DNA of 64,000 nt, from contig NC_042997.1 in the NCBI RefSeq assembly GCF_006345805.1, forward strand, positions 80,042,001 to 80,106,000, given 5' to 3'. Shown piece by piece: positions 24,001 to 36,400 of this stretch. The notes below the pieces were generated by a model, which saw only the letters and a list, made by a program, of their open reading frames with translations, searched no databases and was not told the DNA's origin. The DNA is from Octopus sinensis. Lineage: Eukaryota. How positions within the stretch are numbered: position 1 is the first letter of the stretch; every line of letters begins with the position of its first letter. The translations under genes were made by a program, and so were the position numbers.

Positions 24001-27000
24001 TAATGTATTTCAGTGTTGAATTTTATTCTTCTCACTTCTGGAGTTTAAATCTTACCAAAGTTGGCTTTGTTTTCATCTTTTATCATTTACAATTGATAAA
24101 ATAAGTACTAGGCCTAGACCCCATCACCTGACTACAGCCTCTGTTACAAAAAGGCAAAAGAAAATCCAATTAATATTAGACACTGTTCCTTTGAGAAAGT
24201 CAATTAACTGTGAAATGAATCCATTAAGAATTTTCCTCCTCTTTTTAAATGATGCTGTCCCAGCATGGCCACAGTCAACAGGCTGAAACAAGTAAAACAC
24301 TAACTGAATTAAATTCACTCATTTCACTACTTGACCTACTACTTTTAATACATAAGTTAGTGCTTCACCTCAGCAATTGATCATGGAGAACAACACTAAA
24401 ATCTTCTTCTCTAATGCCAATATAATATTGTTTCAATATATAAAGAAAATTGAAAATTACTGAAACACATACACAATCTATTAGAATTATAATCATGAAA
24501 AGATTAGAAAAAAGTACAACTTTTAATGTATCAATAAGTTTCTACTGAGGCTAAACAATAATTCTTTTCAGTTTCTGTCATGAGTAATTTGGTAGTATTG
24601 AAGAATTACTTTACAATTCACTATTCAACTCTATCTGTAGCCTCTAAAAAAAGATTAAAAAATAACAAGAAGCAAATAACGTTATTTTTTGTAGTGATAT
24701 ACTGTCATTTTCTATAATACATTTGTATGATGTATGATTTTTTGTCTAAGATGAGACAAAATTGCACTGATAAAAAGTTAGGGTTTAATATGGTGCAAAG
24801 GTAATTTTGTTGTATGAATTTAGGAAAAAGAAATCGACATTGGCTGAATAAATTATTTCTAGATCTCTATCAATAAGAATAAATAACAAAGTATATTGAT
24901 TTCCTTCATTTAGTTATAAGACTGTATCAGATGTTTCAGATGAGGACATTGTTTTGACCTTCGTAATTTTTCTGAGAATAATGGTGAATCAAAACCAAAT
25001 TGAACCTTACACTTATATTCTATTCGATAGTTTTCTCAGTATGAACAAACAAAAGACTTGATAATTATGTCAATTCATTAGTATCCTTTATAATTGCTTC
25101 TAAAACATTCCACAATAGCAAGACTTATGATGGTGGGGAGTTGCAAAAATAATTTCAATTAAAAAGATGTTGAAAAAATTGGACAGTTAAATGTAAAAAT
25201 TAAAACAAAAATATTAAATTCATTTAATAAAATGATTTTTACTATTCCTATTTTTGTATAATTTCTTATTTGATTTGAAATTTAATTTAATAAGGTGTTT
25301 AATCTTTTTTTTTTTTATTGTACCTTGATAATTCTTTGTCTATATTTTTGCCACACTTTGTATTTAGATTATACTGTCTATACAGAACATACTTGTTGAC
25401 TTAATTTTCTTTCAGATTCCGAGAAGATGTGATTGCTACATTTGTGGGAACAAACGGTGGTTTAACAATGGTATACCCTGCAAGGTATGACATTTAGAAA
25501 GCATTCTTTCAGAAGCATCTTAAAAAATGCAAATATCATGGGTTGTGGGCCATACTGGGGCACTACCATTACAGTTACTACCAACACTCTTGTTGTGGCT
25601 GGTTTTACAATGAATGAAGTTGCTTCCTACCACTTCCCTCACTTGTATTTATTTCTATGATGTAGGCTTATCTAGGATCTTGCTGGTAGATATCATCCTC
25701 TCACTTTTAGTACTCTCATCTTCCACCATTCAGTTTCCTTCTCTCACTCTTTCCCTCTCACACTGCTCATGTTGTGTCTGTTCAGTCTCTTTGCCAACAT
25801 GTTGCAGCCTGTGACTCTTGTGTCAATCATTCCCTTCCTCTCTTACCTCTCTTGCACCAATCATTCTCACTATACTCTCTCTTCTATTCATCCTCTCAGT
25901 CACATTGTAATGAACAAACAAAAATAAGATAGAGTAAGGAGGGGTCTTGTAGTAGAAAAGACATCTCTAGTACAAACCCTAACCACTAGGCCATGCACCT
26001 TAACAATGCCCCCCTGAACAAGTAACCTTAGGAGTCATTTGTGCTGTATGTGTGTGTGTGTACAAGATGGTAAACCAGTATGGACTGTTTTCTTTCATTG
26101 AGCCATAAGTGCATAAGTGGAAGAAAATCCTATGTTTTCACAAGATCTTGTTCTTGGGTAGTTTCTAGTATAAAACTTCCAGAAGTGAAATAGATCATCA
26201 CAGATGCTTTCTCTCAAACAGAAACTGCAGGAGCTACTTAAAGATATTGCAAGCTCTTCATTACTCTTGTTGGCAATTCACATACTCGAGAGCCATTTCA
26301 TATTTAGCACCACATCAAATGTGTGAAAAGACAATTTCTGCACTATTAATGAAGTAGCTACTTGACCCAGTTTTCTCTTTATTATCACAATAGAATTTGC
26401 AATCTGTTTTTGCAATATGGCTGAGTTTTTCTCCCACAACAGACTTCTATGAAACATCAGGTTTGTTATCCCTTTACAACTTTTCATACCACTTTCATTT
26501 GGTGGTCTTTTTTTCAATCTTGACTGAATAAGACTAACATATGGTACCATACATTTGTAGAAGTTAAATTCAGCAGCAGAGCCGCCACAGAGAAGAAACC
26601 TGTGGCTGTGATAGAAAAAAAAAATTCAGCAAATGTATTTCTAAAAATAGTTTTCTCTCTCTCTTTCCCCCATCATCATCATCATCATCATCGTTTAACG
26701 TCTGCTTTCCATGCTGGCATGAGTTGGACGGTTTGACTGGGGACTGATGAGTCAGATGGCTGCACCAGGCTCCAATCTGATCTGGCAGAGTTTCTACAGC
26801 TGGATGCCCTTCCTAACACCAACCACTCCGAGAGTGTAATATATATATATATATATATATAATATAGTGGTTCGGCAAAAGAGACCGATAGAATAAGTAC
26901 TGGGCTTACAAAGAATAAGTTCTGGGGTCGATTTACTCGACTAAAGGCGGTGCTCCAGCATGGCCGCAGTCAAATGACTGAAACAAGTAAAAGAGTAAAA

Positions 27001-27161
27001 GAGTATATATATACATACACACATACATACAGGGATCACCACCACCCCCTGCCGGAGCCTCGTGGAGCTTTAGGTGTTTTCGCTCAATAAACACTCACAA
27101 CGCCAGGTCTGGGAATTGAAACCGCGAGTCCGCTGCCCTAACCACTGGGCCATTGCGCCTC

Positions 27162-27232
<71 letters not shown>

Positions 27233-30200
27233 GTATTTGATTTTAGTTTTAAAAATTGGTAAAATTTACCTGAGTATTCATAAAGTTACAATTACAAACT
27301 ATATTCCTATATTAGTGGTCATTTTGGCTTGTATGGAATATTTTTGTAATGCAAACATGATCCCTGTTTAGACCATTTTCAATTATTTCTCTATACTTTA
27401 AATGCATATTTGAGCATTTTTATGTCTAGCATGTTTTATTATCTCCCAATATTATTTCCAGTGAGAAAGATCGCTATGTCATGTGGCGAGATGTTTGGAA
27501 AGCTGATTATTACCAACGAGCAATGCAGGTTGATTACTTTGTTTATACAGCACCATATAGAAAAGGTTTGTTATTTTCATTAGCAATTACTTTGAAATTG
27601 AATTAATTCTCTAATTTCTCTTGATATTTATTTTGGGGAGCAATTGGAGAGTGACATCATGGAAAAAGCAAATGTGAAAATTATGGTTCTTTGAGTTGGT
27701 TGCAAAGGTCATGGAGTAGAAGTGAAAAGACTTAATGATATAGTTGGATCAGATGATATATGATAAGGCTGTATGCAAAATCATGTAGCAAAAGAAATCT
27801 GTCCATTTAATACTAATATGTAAACAAAATGGGCTTGGCCTAAAGTCTTTTTTTTTTTTTAAATTCTTTTATTCTTTAATATGTTTCAGCCTTGATGCTA
27901 TTATTTCAATAGAATTGTAATATGTTGAGGGGGCAAATCAAATCTACAATCTGATCTTAATCTCAAACTGATTTTATTTCACTTTATGCCTTTACTGACA
28001 AGGAAAGAAGTTTTGTCAGAAGAGAAAAGGTAGTGCTCCTGACTTTTTTTCTGGGTCTGCGAAACTAGTTGGAAGAAGGGATAAAGTTAACCACAAACCA
28101 GACGCTTGGCTCAAATGCTTGCAATAGAGAGACTTTGCTAAAAGCACCCAGGTTGTTAAACTGGGTAACATATTAGGTTTTACACTTTAACAGTCCTTGC
28201 ATTTGTCTTCTACACAGACTCTGTCTGCCAAATTTTATTTACAAGGCTTTGCTCAACTTTAGAGCTATAAAAGACACTTGCTCAAAGTGGTATGTTGGGA
28301 AGCAAACACATATTTATGCCTGTGTTCATTTTATATGATTCTATATTTGTGTGAGATAAATAAATTTTTATTGGTTTTGATATGAACAGTCATAGATATT
28401 TATTAAACAGGGATTGTTAAAGAAACTTATTGAAATTATTTTTCTCAAAATTATGTTTCTAAACATAGCTTGCTATGAATGGATTGTGTTGTTGAGAGGG
28501 ATTTCTCATGGCTTTCTCAAAATAAGGATAAAGACCAAAACTTTTCAGAAAGAAAGAAATGAGTATTATTTCTTTCCCAATTGCTTGTATTCTATTTAAA
28601 TTAATATCACAAATGGAATATTCCACATGTAGCTATTTCTCCATTTCTGTAGGGCATTTTGTTTCATTTGGTTGTTCACTAAATTTTTAAATTTGTATTT
28701 ACAAATAATTTATTTTTCATATCTTATGTATTAATTAGGAAATAAGCATCTTATAAAAACTGAGATTAAATGCAATTCTCATGGATTTTCATGCTTTCTT
28801 ACTCTCTAGGATCAGTAGAAAATTCAACAGCACCACCAATAACTGTTGTAAAATCTGTCAAAATTAATAACAGCATAAAAACAGCTGGTAAGATTCATTG
28901 AAATTTATGTATTTGATCTTTGCTATATTTGTTATCCATTTTTTAAATGCTTTAAAATTCCTTGGTAAATAAATGTCTCATAAAAATATTTAGTTGGGAA
29001 GGACTATAAAGAGAACATGAAGTCAGATTTTATTGTGTCTGGGGAGAGTCATTCTCTTTTAGTGCCTTATTAAATTAACACACTCATCGATTTCCACTCA
29101 TTTACATTATTTATTTATTTATTTTTACTAAAATTTTTCTTGCAACTTGCTTTGGTCTTGCAATTCTGTTGTCTATTGAAAAGGCTGCAAGTTGCAACAA
29201 AAATTTTAGTAAAAATAAATAAGTAAATGAGTGGAAATTGGTGAGTGTGTTAAATTAATAAGGCACTAAAAGAGAATGACTCTCTCTAGACACAATAAAA
29301 TATGTTTCAATGCACAAATTCACATAAAGAATCTAGCAGACCAAATACAAAAACGAAATGAAGTTAGATGTTCTTCATTTGTATTCAATGCAGTGGGATT
29401 AGTGTTGTAATAGAGTGTCGCTTTGCTTGTGTAAATTTCTAACATATGTCTACAAATTGGAGAATGGTCAGAATGATGATAATGTACTTGAGCAGTAATC
29501 AAGAGATTGTGTTCAACAGTTACACAACATATATTTGTATCTTTCTTCTTATTTGTCTTCTATAAAGTAAAAGCAGAAAAGCAGAAATTTCACATATAAT
29601 TCATATTTTATAGTCAGCAACTGTTTCATTAGGATAAAAGGATAAAGATCCTTCCTAAATCATATTGACTCATGGGGCCAGTTTGCTGGTTTTGGTGGCA
29701 TATATACAAGTATTCCACCCCCACTGGATAGGATACTGGTCCACCACAGGAATATTTGTTTTTGCCAGCTGAGTGAACTGGAACAACATGAAATGAAAGG
29801 TTTTTGCTCAAGAACACAACACATCAACCAGTCGAAGAACTGAAACTACAATCTTGTGATTATGAGTCTGGCACCATCACCACTAAGCCACGTGCCTTCA
29901 TGCTTCTTTAGGATAAACATCATTAAGTGTGTAATTACATATCTGCAAAACATAATCAGTTTTGATTAATTTAAAAGCTCTGTGTATATGTGTATATGTT
30001 ATATTGTCTATATGTATACACATAAATCCATCTGGTTAGAAAATGATATGGAGCTCTATAGAACAAACAGTAGAAGATTGTAATGAGGATTTTATGTTAC
30101 TCAGGTACCTAGAACACTATCAACTAAAGAAAGCTACAGCTTTCCACATAACACACTATCTAATGATTTCAGATATCAGTTGTGGAAATATATTGCAAAT

Positions 30201-33200
30201 CATGACTCATGGCTCAAGTCTTCAATATTTCTATTTCTTTGTAAAGTAGTAATGTTGTATGTATATTATATCTGCCTGGTATCAAAACAGTAGTAACATT
30301 GAACAGCCATGTTGATGTGGTGATTACTTTACTTGTTAAAATAGTTACTACTCTCATCTCTTATTGAAATTTTACAACTAGCTACTTTGCTTGTTGCAAA
30401 TCAGTGACTGATGGTCACTATGTATTGCTTGCTGGAGTGGATTCTGACCATCTCTCTAGTGGCCGGGTGTTCACTACTGAGGATAAGCAAAACTAGCTCA
30501 AAACTGAGTCGGTCTTGCAATCCTGTTGTCTGCTGGAGGGTGGTAGAGATTTGCTTCCCGGCTTGCAGTATATACAGGGTGCAGGCTGCACCTATAACCA
30601 GCTGGCTGAAGATCTGCCTGGGGTTAAAACAATAGTAACATTGAACGGCCATATTGATGTGGCAATTAACTTTACTTGTAGAACTTGGTTATCTCTTTAA
30701 TATACTGCTTTTCAGATAACATAAAAATATTTTATTTCTGTATTGTCGGTACTTATCACTCACATTGCTTTGAATTCAACAAATAATATTTATAATATAA
30801 TTTCTTTACTATTGTTCATATGAAACTAATTTATTTAAAGTAATCAATAAGGAAGATATATTATTTGATAAAAAAATTGTAAATTTAAAATAAAGTTTCT
30901 TATTGCTATATGAAATGATAAATGTGTGCTTAACTGTTATATTTTCGGCTGAAAACCTCAATATAATGATTAAAAATTTTAGAAAAATATATTCTAATTT
31001 GATTAAATTTTTCAAGAAAAGTTTCATTTAGGTGCTTTTATTTATCTATTTTTTTCAGTGATTGGCGTTACAATGAATCACAGTAGAATAATGGAAGAAT
31101 TGTTAACAGCTTCAGACTATGGTAGTTCGGATCAGTATCATTGCCGTGATAGTGATAAATTAATTTGTTATCTTTTGGATGATGGAGCCTTTGTTATTTC
31201 AACAAACCAAGAAGATAAACTTGGTGCAGTAAGTATGTTGTTGTGTAGTCTCAGAGCAAGTACTGATAGAGCCGACCTATGATCAAACCTATTCTAGTTA
31301 TGACCACCAAATTGTTTAAGCAGAGTGCACCTCAAGCTACATTAGCCAATGTGTTCTTTTTTTTTTTTTAATGGTAGGGTGTGATTTCAGGTATATTTCA
31401 CTATTCTTTTTAGCAGGTCAATCAACCATCCATTATAGAGGGTTTTTGTTGGTTGAAATTAGAAGTAAACAATGGATATGTTGAATATGGATATGTTTAA
31501 TATCATGCATCAAAATAACTCTGAAATTAAACCCATTACCAATATGTTGGGTTGGTGCATAATTATTGCGGCTTTTTTTCAATAAATTTTATTCAACAAA
31601 AAAAATAACAACATATAACAAAAACATCTTTAAATGATTATTCCGGAGCATATTCACCATCTACTCCAATTACTGCTTCCCATTTGCTTGGCAGACAGTC
31701 AGACCATCATTTAAAGATGATTTTGTTCAATATTGTTATTGTTTTTGTTGAATAAAATTTGTTGAAAAAAGCCGCAATAATTATGCACCAACCCAATAAT
31801 CTACTACATATGTGGAAAATCGGTGTGTGTGTTTGTTTGTGGCATTGTTAGCTAACTCCTACATCGTTTTATTGATTTTGATGAAACTTGACATGTGAGT
31901 AGAACTCATGTCTGGAAACCTCATGACATACTTAAATTGTTGAAAAAATCGATGATACAGCCCCTGGAAGAGACCTTTATATCTACCACATATAACTAAT
32001 TTTTTTTAAACACCCAAGGGAAATAACCCATAGAACCTGTACAATATTTTTTTAAACACTCAAGGGAAATAACCCATTTCATTGTTTATGTTCGATTACT
32101 TAGAATACTGATTTTTTGTGTGTCCTATTTCTAATTTTTGCAGACAATATCACTTCATTTGACATGTGAGTAGAACTCATGTCTGGAAACCTTGTGACAT
32201 ACTTAGATTGTTGAAAAAAAATCGATAATAGAGCCTTTCCAATAGATCCTTATATCTACTACATATTACTAATATTTTATTTAAACAACCCAAGGGAAAT
32301 AACCCATACCACCTGCAGATTTTAGCGAAGCGATCAATATTTGATTCTCACGATCAACCAACCTAATTCTGCATTTCACTACTCACAGTTTTGAACTGCT
32401 AAACATTATTATTGCACTTCCTTGATTTGAATCTTAAACATTAAAGACTTCATTCATACATTTCTATACATACATACTTTTTTGAATGTCCATTACTCCG
32501 ATAAATCTGCATTTTTACAGTTACACTTTTCCATGACAGTAGATAAATTTTTTATTCCACAATGTCTGTGTAGAAGCTTCATGCAGGCATAGCATGGATT
32601 TGATCCTCAATTGCCAAATTTCACTTAACACTTCCACAGCACTTTTCTCACGATAAAACAATTTGAATGACAGCAGTTATACATTTCCCAGATGCCTTTG
32701 CCAAGCAGAACAATGTCTTTGCCTCTCGACAACCTCCAACAGCCTCTCTCACCAACTTCCAACAATCTTTCTCATCAACCTCTGAAATCCTCTCTCGCCA
32801 ACCTCCAACAATCTCTCCCTCCTCCAGCAGACAGTCTTTTGTACTTTTTCGTGATGGAAAATACACCTTTTGTGGTAGTTAAACGAAATTGCTTTCTTAT
32901 ATATTATAAGGTGTTTCAATAGAATATATTTACCCCCAGGAATTACCAGGTACGCCAGCTAGTATACATAAAAGAGGTAGTAGTAGTACATATTTTACTG
33001 TCAACATAAAATACTGTATATTTGAGTTCATAAAATGCAACTGTTTTTCTGTATTGTCAGTTGTCATTTTACTTAGACTATTAAAGTAAAATGTCAATAG
33101 ATGAAAGAAGCCATTACAAACTATTTCTTTCTATTTCTATAACTGTTAATAAAAGTATAAAATTTTGTTTAGGAAGTATGTATAAAGGAGTTCTTATCAT

Positions 33201-33420
33201 TTCAGATTCAATTTGACATGGACACAAACTGAACACCTTAAGTTACCATTAAATGGCTACCTATTAAATTTCTTGTTTGTAAGATGAAATTTAAATTATT
33301 CACAGGGAGCATAATAGTGTTAAACCCCTATGAATTCTGGTTTGTAGGAAATTGTGTGCATGTATACACACACACACACAGTTTAAAATACGGATTCAGT
33401 GAACAGTGAATATATAACAT

Positions 33421-33457
<37 letters not shown>

Positions 33458-36400
33458 GCATGCACATTTAAAATAGTAGTATAAGATATGAATTCAGAGA
33501 ATAGTGAGGTTGCAAAATGGCCATAATTATATGGAAGTCAAGTGGTTAAATGAATCTCTCACTTTCTGATTTTATGCTTTATAATTTATGCCTGTGAATG
33601 CAGTTTGAAAAATATATTATAAACCAAATATGAATAACCAACAATAAAAATAGGCTAAATTGTTGAACAAAACATTATAAATGTATTCTTTTATTTCAGG
33701 CACTTATTTGTCTCAAAATACATATCAAAAATGTGTCTTAATGTCTTTCAAAGTTTGTATTATATTTATTCATTCCATATGCGTGTTAAGTTCTCTCAAA
33801 ATATGTATTAACATTCTAACAATGTATTGTTTATTTGTTGTTTTTTACTTTTCCTTCTTGCAATCTCCTAAAAATTTATCTAAACAAATCAGAAGCCATA
33901 AAAATTGACAGCATTTCTTTATATTTTAAATTACTTTGCAATTATTTATCCATGAAGAATATGTAAAAGAAATTACATCTGTCAGAAATAACTTACATTT
34001 TTAAGTAAAAATTTGTAGGTGCTGGTGCCACATAAAAAGAACTTGTTCTAGTGCCATGTAAAAAGCACTGTTGACGATGCCATGTAAAAAGCACCCAGTA
34101 CACTCTGTAAAGTGGATGGCATAGAAACCAAGTTAAAAGTGACTATGGAATCTGGTGCAACCACTGGCCTTACCAGTTCCTATCAAACTGTCTAACCCTT
34201 GCTAGTATGGAAAATGATGTACTTAGAAAATGAAATTGTGTTGCCTTTGGAAAAAAGCGACTAAAAGTACATATTCCTATCATTTCTATTTTAAATTTGA
34301 AGCCTGAATTTTTTCTAAAGTTTATTTTTTCTTTTGACATTTTACTTTACCTCAGGTTGGGCAGTTTTTAGGTAATGTTGACAGAGGACTAATGTTTGGC
34401 CTACTAAACCGCACTGTCTATGTAAAGTAAGTACCTTTCTTAATATTTTAATTCATATATTGTGTATGTCATGTCAACTTTGGAGTATTGTTGATTCATA
34501 TCTCCCTTTCTCATATGGAATTGGCATCAAATTTTAAGAAATCAAGATAAAGTGGAGATAATTTTAAGAAATTAAGGATTTATGTTTCATGATATTTGAT
34601 ATATCTGTATTTGTCTATGTAGTTCATGCCTCTGGCCACTCTAAATTTTTCTCTCAGCTCAGTTTTGTTTCAATTATGCAAATTATGTAGGACATAGATG
34701 TGTGTTACTCTATTCTGTATATTGTCTAACTCCCTTGGCTGTTGGAGGTATTAACATGACAATTGTCATGTTAATAACACCTATTGAGTCAACCTCTTAC
34801 CCCACCAATTCCCTTTCACTCATTCCCCTATCTACTGTAGCATTCTGATGCTGTAAATAATAACAGCAGAACTTGTTGATACATTCACCATATCACCATT
34901 TCTGTACTGTCAGTCACCACTCTTTTTCCTCTGAGCTACTCCTTGTCAACATCTATCTCTCCCTTGTTCTTATTCTTTTCCTTGTATTGACATTTACCAC
35001 TTCCACCACTATTCAGCATTCACTAAATTTATCTCCTATCTACATCCTACCACCTCCATGCCCTGTTTATGTCCAACTGTCTCCTACTTTCCTCTCACAC
35101 TCTTACCCACCTTCCCTGATTCTTCTACATCTACACATTCTACTATTTAACTTTGGACATATTACTTTGACTGTACATTCTGGCGGCTCATCACCACCAT
35201 ATTTACTTCTTGTTTAAGCACCAATCCCCTTTCCCACCATGTAAAATTTGAGGTAGTCCTTAATCTCTTCTGCAAGTCCCTACTCCTCCTCTTATACCTC
35301 TCAACACTCTGCATAAAGTGACTACCTTATCTCCCATCCTCCTCAAGGAAGGCAGCTCTTTAGCCTTGCAAATTACTAGGTAACTTCTCTAGTGCTGATG
35401 CCGCAAAAGAAAAAAGCATCTAGTACACTCTGTAAATTGGTTGGCATTAAGAAGAGCATCCAGCCATAGAGACCATGCCAAAACTGAGTCACTGTAGCTA
35501 AACAGTCCTCTGACTTGTTGAATCCTATCAAAACATCCAACCCATGCCAGCATGGAAAGTAAATTATTTACATTCTGTTTGACCATTTCACATGACTTTA
35601 TTCATTAAAACTTATTAAAACTTTTGTCATAATGTTTTGATTTCATTTTTTGATAAAAAACTTATCAATGTTTTTGCTTTCATTTTGTGATAGCTATCAC
35701 ATAGAAAATGCTAGCTTCTAAGTCCTGTTTTCCAATTGAGTAAACACTATCAAACTTTAAACCTCTGTAACATTTTTCAAAAATTTTTCAGGAATATGGG
35801 AATCATAAAATTGGATTCAGTCTGAAAAATTACATCAATATACCAAATTTGAAAATTTTCAATTAGTTTTAAAATTTCAAAATCTGTGACAACAACAGAA
35901 AAGATTCGTCTATTTGTCACTTTATCTTTTACACTTTTCTCATTATAAACTTCTCCTCTCTGTATATATTTACCACACTCTCTCTCACTCTTCTGTGTAT
36001 GTATATTGCTCATGCTGAGTGTATGTATGTTTGTCAGTGTGCATGTAAAGAATTTTATTAAGACAACAGTCAAAAGACCCTCACAACACAGCAGCAGCAA
36101 CCTAAGAAAATCTTTTTCATCTATACACCAAGTGGAAAAACTTTGTTTCTTGAGACATTATAGATTTCCCTAAATAATGCTAAAATCCATCCTGATCAAG
36201 TGGCCTATCTGTTGAAGACATGGTCTGACATGGAATAAAAAAAAATTGAAATAAAAGCATTCTATTGTGAAAATTGCTCAGCACCAACAAGCTACTCAGC
36301 TGATATATATATTAAGAACATTTACTGTCCAAAATACAAATTTAAAGTTTACAACATGAAAATATATAATATATAATCAGAATGGTGCAGGAAAGAATTG

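Noticed and set aside
27032-27163. tRNA gene
   Set aside because: A and B boxes are present but the anticodon arm is deleted and it continues into SINE body; treated as a SINE head.
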